The position numbers and the translations under genes are program-made. A stretch of DNA of 64,000 bases. Origin: an uncultured Desulfobacterales bacterium. Its GTDB lineage: Bacteria; Desulfobacterota; DSM-4660; Desulfatiglandales; Desulfatiglandaceae. The stretch lies in contig CAYWEN010000003.1 of the NCBI GenBank assembly GCA_964457545.1, positions 5,068 to 69,067 of the forward strand, written 5' to 3'. Of this stretch, positions 59,582 through 64,000 are shown in pieces (within the stretch, counting starts at the first letter, position 1; every line of letters starts with the position of its first letter). The notes beneath the pieces are model-generated. The model did not search any database. It worked only from the letters and a program-made list of their open reading frames with translations, and was not told the origin of the DNA.

Positions 59582-60616
59582 ATGAAAGATTGTTTCTTTA
59601 ATCCCATAGGCTTCTCAGCAGAAGAGATTCAGAATGCAGTAGAAAACAATCACCTTTTGTCCCTTGAAATAGAGATGAGCCTGGTTTGCAATTTTCGTTG
59701 TCCGTACTGTTATGTCCCTGGTAAGTCCTGTGTTGAACATGAACTGAAACGGGATGAAATTATAGATACTGTTATACAGGCAAAGGCACTGGGCGCAAAG
59801 AGAATTATAATACTGGGCGGAGAACCCTCTATTTATCCGGATGTGATAGAAATTATAAGCTCGGTAAGGGATATTGGACTCGAAGTGGAGATGTTTACAA
59901 ACGGTTCTGGTATTGATAGGAGTTTTGCTGAAAACTTGCATAAACTTCAGGTCAGGGTAGTTCTTAAAATGAACACCTTTGATAAAGAGCTTCAGGACAG
60001 ATTAGCAGGGAAAAAAGGGGCATACGAAATTATTCACCGTGCATTATCCAACCTGCAGGAGGCAGGGTATCCGTCCTCTGATGCCTTCCTTGGTGTAAGC
60101 AGTATAATATGCAGACAAAATATAAACGAGCTTCCTGGAATATGGAGGTGGTTACGAGACAGACAAATCGTACCATATTTTGAGATGATAACCCCTCAGG
60201 CCAATGCTAAAAACAATGAATGGCTGTTTCCTGACCCCGAAGATGTCCATAACCTGTTTGTTAAAATAGCAGAAATAGATCGTGTACAGTATGGTAATAT
60301 CTGGAGTATACAACCACCTATTATTGGAAACAGATGCATGAGACACAAGTTTTCCTGCCTTGTTACATCTACAGGAACTGTATTCCCATGTGTAGGGCTA
60401 ACCATTCCCATAGGTAATGTGCGTGAACAGCGATTGGCTGATATAATAGCAAACAGCGAGGTGTTGGATAATTTGAAAAATCATACAAAAACTATAAAAG
60501 GCAATTGCAGAACATGCGACAAGGCTGAAACCTGTTATGGATGCCGGGGTGCAGCCTATCAGCTTACAGGAGATTATCTTGCATCAGATCCCTTGTGCTG
60601 GAAAAATAGAATATAG
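59582..60616 (+). CDS. Radical SAM protein with a C-terminal SPASM/twitch-like cysteine cluster
   Basis: The CNFRCPYCY (CxxxCxxC) motif sits near the N-terminus. The C-terminal cysteines are C.....CVG...GN and CRTCDKAETCYGCRGAAY...DPLC. 344 aa. Confidence 0.8.
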   Translation: MKDCFFNPIGFSAEEIQNAVENNHLLSLEIEMSLVCNFRCPYCYVPGKSCVEHELKRDEIIDTVIQAKALGAKRIIILGGEPSIYPDVIEIISSVRDIGLEVEMFTNGSGIDRSFAENLHKLQVRVVLKMNTFDKELQDRLAGKKGAYEIIHRALSNLQEAGYPSSDAFLGVSSIICRQNINELPGIWRWLRDRQIVPYFEMITPQANAKNNEWLFPDPEDVHNLFVKIAEIDRVQYGNIWSIQPPIIGNRCMRHKFSCLVTSTGTVFPCVGLTIPIGNVREQRLADIIANSEVLDNLKNHTKTIKGNCRTCDKAETCYGCRGAAYQLTGDYLASDPLCWKNRI

Positions 60617-61231
60617 GTTTTTGATGTAAGCACAGATATGTCCATATTTGTGGCATGCCCCATGATCTCCTGAATGCAGTAATAACGGTTTGATACTGCA
60701 TATGTTGGTCTGCTGGGGCATATCTGGAACGTGTTGCCTTTGTCTCAATGATCCCTTGATTCCCATTTCTGCCTGATTTTGTTAAAAAACATGTCCGGAC
60801 ACTAATCCCTGCAATATGTTTTTGTGGTTAAAATCTTTGCATGTCCTGGTGTTGCACAAGCTGCCTCGTTTATATTGAAACACTCTGAATCTCCTTGCGG
60901 CTTTAAGGTGTAAGGGCTATAATTACCATGTATCAGTGAATTTTTTCCTTGATTTTCTCGTGGCTGTGAAAATCAGGCTGCTGTATTGTTTTTTACCGCC
61001 GTGTCCCTATGCACAAAGGCAGTTTTTCCCTTCCTTGATTGTATATATCCTGCATATTCGATAAGGGTGCAAAACTCTCCGGTAGTTTCTGACAATGTTT
61101 CATATGTTGTTGTACGAAACACAGCAGATTTTCCGTCTTTAGGAGAAGGTTGCAGAGGTTTGATTCATGGTATGATTTTCCCCTGCTGTTTTTTAATGAA
61201 AGTATGACTCATTTTTGTATGGAGACCTCAA

Positions 61232-63145
61232 ATGAAACATCTTTTTTCGCCCTATCGTATCAAAGGTCACACACTGAAAAACAGAATTGTTATGCCTGCA
61301 TTGGCATCATTCCTCTTTGACGAGGATGGATCTGTGACAGATAAAGCAATAGATCATTACAGGTTAAGGGCCAGTGCAGGACTATCCATGCTTATTGTCG
61401 AGGCAGCCAGTGTTGCTCCTGAGGGTATTGTTTCTCCGCACCAGGCGAGGATATTCGATGATCGATTCGTAGGAGATCTGTCCAAAATAGCGGATGTAAT
61501 AAAATCTGAAGGTGTAGTGGCCGGTATTCAGCTTCACCATAGCGGCAGACAGACGTCTCCCAGGGTTATTAGGCGCAACCCTGTTGCTCCTTCTCCGCTT
61601 CCATGTCCTACAATAAAAAGTGAAGTGGACCCCTTAAGCATTGAGGAAATCAAACAGATTGTTCTCAAATTCGGAGATGCTGCTGAAAGGGCAGTACGGG
61701 CAGGATTTGACCTCATAGAAATCCATGGGGCGCATGGTTATCTGATCAATCAGTTCTTGTCCAGGTTTTCCAATATAAGAGAGGATGAATATGGCGGAAA
61801 TCTTGAGGGCAGAACACGTTTTGCAAAGGAGGTGGTACAGGAGGTACGTAAAAGGGTTGGAAACGAAATCCCTATCTCTTTCAAAATCAGTGTGCAGGAG
61901 TTTGTCCCCAATGGCATTGATGTCAGTGAAGGAATCGAGATATTAAAGATACTTGTTGATACAGGAATAGATATTGTTCAGGTTTCAGCAGGCAATGATG
62001 CAACACCTGAATGGATCTGCCAGCCTATGTATATGAAAAAGGCCTGTCTTGCAGAATCTGCTTTTAAGATCAAACAGGCCGTTGATATTACAGTTATGAC
62101 TGTTGGTCGTATCAATGACCCTGTTATTGCTGAAGATATTATTGCCTCTGGAAAGGCCGATCTTGTATGTATAGGCAGGGGAATACTTGCAGATCCTGAA
62201 ATGCCGAAGAAGGCCAAAGAGGGACGTTTGAATGAAATCAGAAAATGTATTGCCTGCAATACGTGCATGGAGTCCATATTCCGTTCCGGACGGATTGAAT
62301 GTATGGTAAATCCTGAATTGGGAAGGGAAAAGGAGGTTCCTGTACATTCTGCAAGTTCCTCCAAAAAGATTATGGTAGTGGGTGGTGGTCCTGCAGGTCT
62401 TAATGTGTCATGGGTTGCGGCTAAGAGGGGGCATCATGTAACCTTGTTCGAAAGAAAAAATGTATTGGGGGGGCAGTTTGCAATCGGAGCTATGTCTGTA
62501 TACAAGAGGGAGATTAACGGTCTGATTGAATTTCACAAGAGACAGGTTGACCGGCATGGGGTGGAATGCCGTCTGAATCATAATATTACCCTTAATGATG
62601 TACTCAAGGAAAAACCGGATGTGGTAGTATTGGCAACAGGATCAAGGCCTGTTTTTCCTCCTGTTACTGGCATTGATGGCAGGATTGTTACTGTTGCGTT
62701 GGATGTGCTTGCAGATGGCAGCCCCGAAAGATTTTCTACTGTGGTAGTGGGAGGTGGATCTACAGGCTGCGAAACGGCATTATATCTTGCAGAGGCGGGC
62801 TGTCCTGTAACAATAGTGGAAGAGATGCCAAAGTTGGCTGCAACACTGGAAAGCATTACAAGAAAGGTCCTGATAGGCAAGCTCAGGGAATGTGGAATAG
62901 ACATCAAAACAGGATGCAAGCTAACGGAGATAAAAGAAGACGGTGTGTTGTTAAGGTTTGAAAATGATGTCTTTTTTATTGAGGCACAACGTGTTGTTAT
63001 GGCAACAGGTAATGTCCCCAATACTGAACTTTATGATCAGATTAAAGATATCGGCCTGGAAGTTCATCGTATTGGGGATTGTCTTAAGGTCAGAAATGCC
63101 AAGGATGCTATATACGAGGGGCATGTCCTGGGTATAACTGTGTAG
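61232..63145 (+). CDS. Old-Yellow-Enzyme-type flavin oxidoreductase fused to an FAD/NAD(P)-binding domain (2,4-dienoyl-CoA reductase FadH-like)
   Basis: 637 aa. It has an N-terminal OYE TIM barrel (MPALAS, HGAHGYLINQFLS), the Fe-S linker CIACNTCMESIF...C, and a Rossmann domain (VVGGGPAGL, VVGGGSTGCE). SD GGAGA. Confidence 0.8.
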   Translation: MKHLFSPYRIKGHTLKNRIVMPALASFLFDEDGSVTDKAIDHYRLRASAGLSMLIVEAASVAPEGIVSPHQARIFDDRFVGDLSKIADVIKSEGVVAGIQLHHSGRQTSPRVIRRNPVAPSPLPCPTIKSEVDPLSIEEIKQIVLKFGDAAERAVRAGFDLIEIHGAHGYLINQFLSRFSNIREDEYGGNLEGRTRFAKEVVQEVRKRVGNEIPISFKISVQEFVPNGIDVSEGIEILKILVDTGIDIVQVSAGNDATPEWICQPMYMKKACLAESAFKIKQAVDITVMTVGRINDPVIAEDIIASGKADLVCIGRGILADPEMPKKAKEGRLNEIRKCIACNTCMESIFRSGRIECMVNPELGREKEVPVHSASSSKKIMVVGGGPAGLNVSWVAAKRGHHVTLFERKNVLGGQFAIGAMSVYKREINGLIEFHKRQVDRHGVECRLNHNITLNDVLKEKPDVVVLATGSRPVFPPVTGIDGRIVTVALDVLADGSPERFSTVVVGGGSTGCETALYLAEAGCPVTIVEEMPKLAATLESITRKVLIGKLRECGIDIKTGCKLTEIKEDGVLLRFENDVFFIEAQRVVMATGNVPNTELYDQIKDIGLEVHRIGDCLKVRNAKDAIYEGHVLGITV

Positions 63146-63322
63146 TTATTCATCCTGTCCGGTTACAGCCCTGTTTATGGGGCAGGTATCAGGTCTTACG
63201 CGGTACAAGGTCAATTACATGTGTTGGATGATATACACCCATTTGAATGAGACTACCATATCCTGTCTTTTCAGAAACAGATTACAGGTCCATGTAAGCA
63301 ACAGGGATAACGGGAAGCATAC

Positions 63323-64000
63323 GTGAAAATCACTCTTTACAGGTACATCATAAATGAAATATGGCCGACCTTTCTGGTATGCCTCTTTGTGTGTATATTT
63401 CTTATTATAGGCACAAAGATGCTCTCTGTTATGGAGATGATAGTCAGCCACGGGGCCCATATCAGTGATGTGTTGACCATGATTCTTTATCTGCTACCGG
63501 ACGTTATTGAATTTGGTCTGCCTGCTGCCAGCCTTATGTCTGTGGTGGTTGCATTTTTACGGTTTTCTTCCAACAGTGAAATAATTGCAATGAAATCATC
63601 GGGAATAAGTCTTTACGGAATGATGCCTCCTGTAATTGCCCTGTCTCTTGTCGGTTTTTTTATATCATTGCTGATCAGTATAGAGGCAGTTCCATGGGGA
63701 AACAGGTCTTTCAGAAATCTGCTCTTTAGGATTGTTGAGTCAAAATCAGGTCTGAATATCAAACCTAATATCTTCTCTGAACCTTTCGATAACATCGTAT
63801 TTTACGTGAACAGCTTTTCAGACAGGGACAAATCAATGAAAGATGTTTTTGTAACAGATATGCGTGATCCCATGTTTGTAAATACAATCATTGCAGAACA
63901 TGGGATAATTCTGTTTCATCCCGAAAAGAGGAGCGTTACTCTTCAGTTTACAAAGGGAATTATCTTTATTACAAGCAGGGATATGCTGGCAAACCGTACG
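63323..64000 (+). CDS. LPS export ABC transporter permease, LptF/LptG (YjgP/YjgQ) family, N-terminal part (3' end outside the window)
   Basis: The frame is open from GTG 63323 to the window end (226 codons). This ORF is not in the supplied track. It reads LYRYIINEIWPTFLVCLFV...LLPDVIEFGLPAASLMSVVVAF.RFSSNSEIIAMKSSGISL, typical of LptF/G. Confidence 0.75.
   Translation, partial: MKITLYRYIINEIWPTFLVCLFVCIFLIIGTKMLSVMEMIVSHGAHISDVLTMILYLLPDVIEFGLPAASLMSVVVAFLRFSSNSEIIAMKSSGISLYGMMPPVIALSLVGFFISLLISIEAVPWGNRSFRNLLFRIVESKSGLNIKPNIFSEPFDNIVFYVNSFSDRDKSMKDVFVTDMRDPMFVNTIIAEHGIILFHPEKRSVTLQFTKGIIFITSRDMLANRT

Noticed and set aside
59187-61231. Search for a RiPP precursor peptide next to the radical SAM/SPASM gene
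   Set aside because: Only very short or RBS-less ORFs are present, for example MFGLVQDQGMRKF at about 59326 and the 73-aa ORF at 60986-61207. None has a leader/core-like pattern or Cys/Gly-rich repeats. This cannot be excluded without comparative data.

Overview
This 64-kb window is mostly core chromosome from a moderately AT-rich bacterium. Gene content suggests a sulfate-reducing Desulfobacterales-type deltaproteobacterium, but that is inference and no search was run. All product calls come from motif and family recognition in the supplied translations.

The window runs from the 3' part of lptD to the 5' part of an lptF-like permease. It contains:
- a peptidoglycan-recycling trio (AmgK-like kinase, NDP-sugar transferase, nagZ)
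- gyrA, gpsA, a eukaryote-type PFK-2/FBPase-2, a NodU-type carbamoyltransferase and hflKC
- envelope genes (M23 peptidase, DUF374, rlpA)
- rsmD-coaD, pssA-psd and tsaB
- the conserved rseP-dxr-cdsA-uppS-frr-tsf-rpsB string, here lacking pyrH
- pyk, pgi, mobA, infA, radA and a GlcD/GlcF-like oxidoreductase pair
- a lower benzoyl-CoA pathway cluster (had-oah/bamA-dch), followed by a decarboxylase beta subunit
- an acyl-AMP ligase, radical SAM/SPASM and OYE-FadH-like group

I found no rRNA, tRNA or CRISPR array, and no recognisable defence system.

The most unusual signals are non-coding:
- A dispersed 140-190 bp repeat family has at least six clear copies plus several partial ones. They sit in intergenic spacers, including junctions inside normally compact operons.
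- A second, MITE-like palindromic element is present in two copies.
- A stack of three decayed mobile elements (group II intron RT, IS30, IS3) lies directly upstream of gyrA.

I see no convincing new multi-gene system. The candidates below are ranked accordingly.
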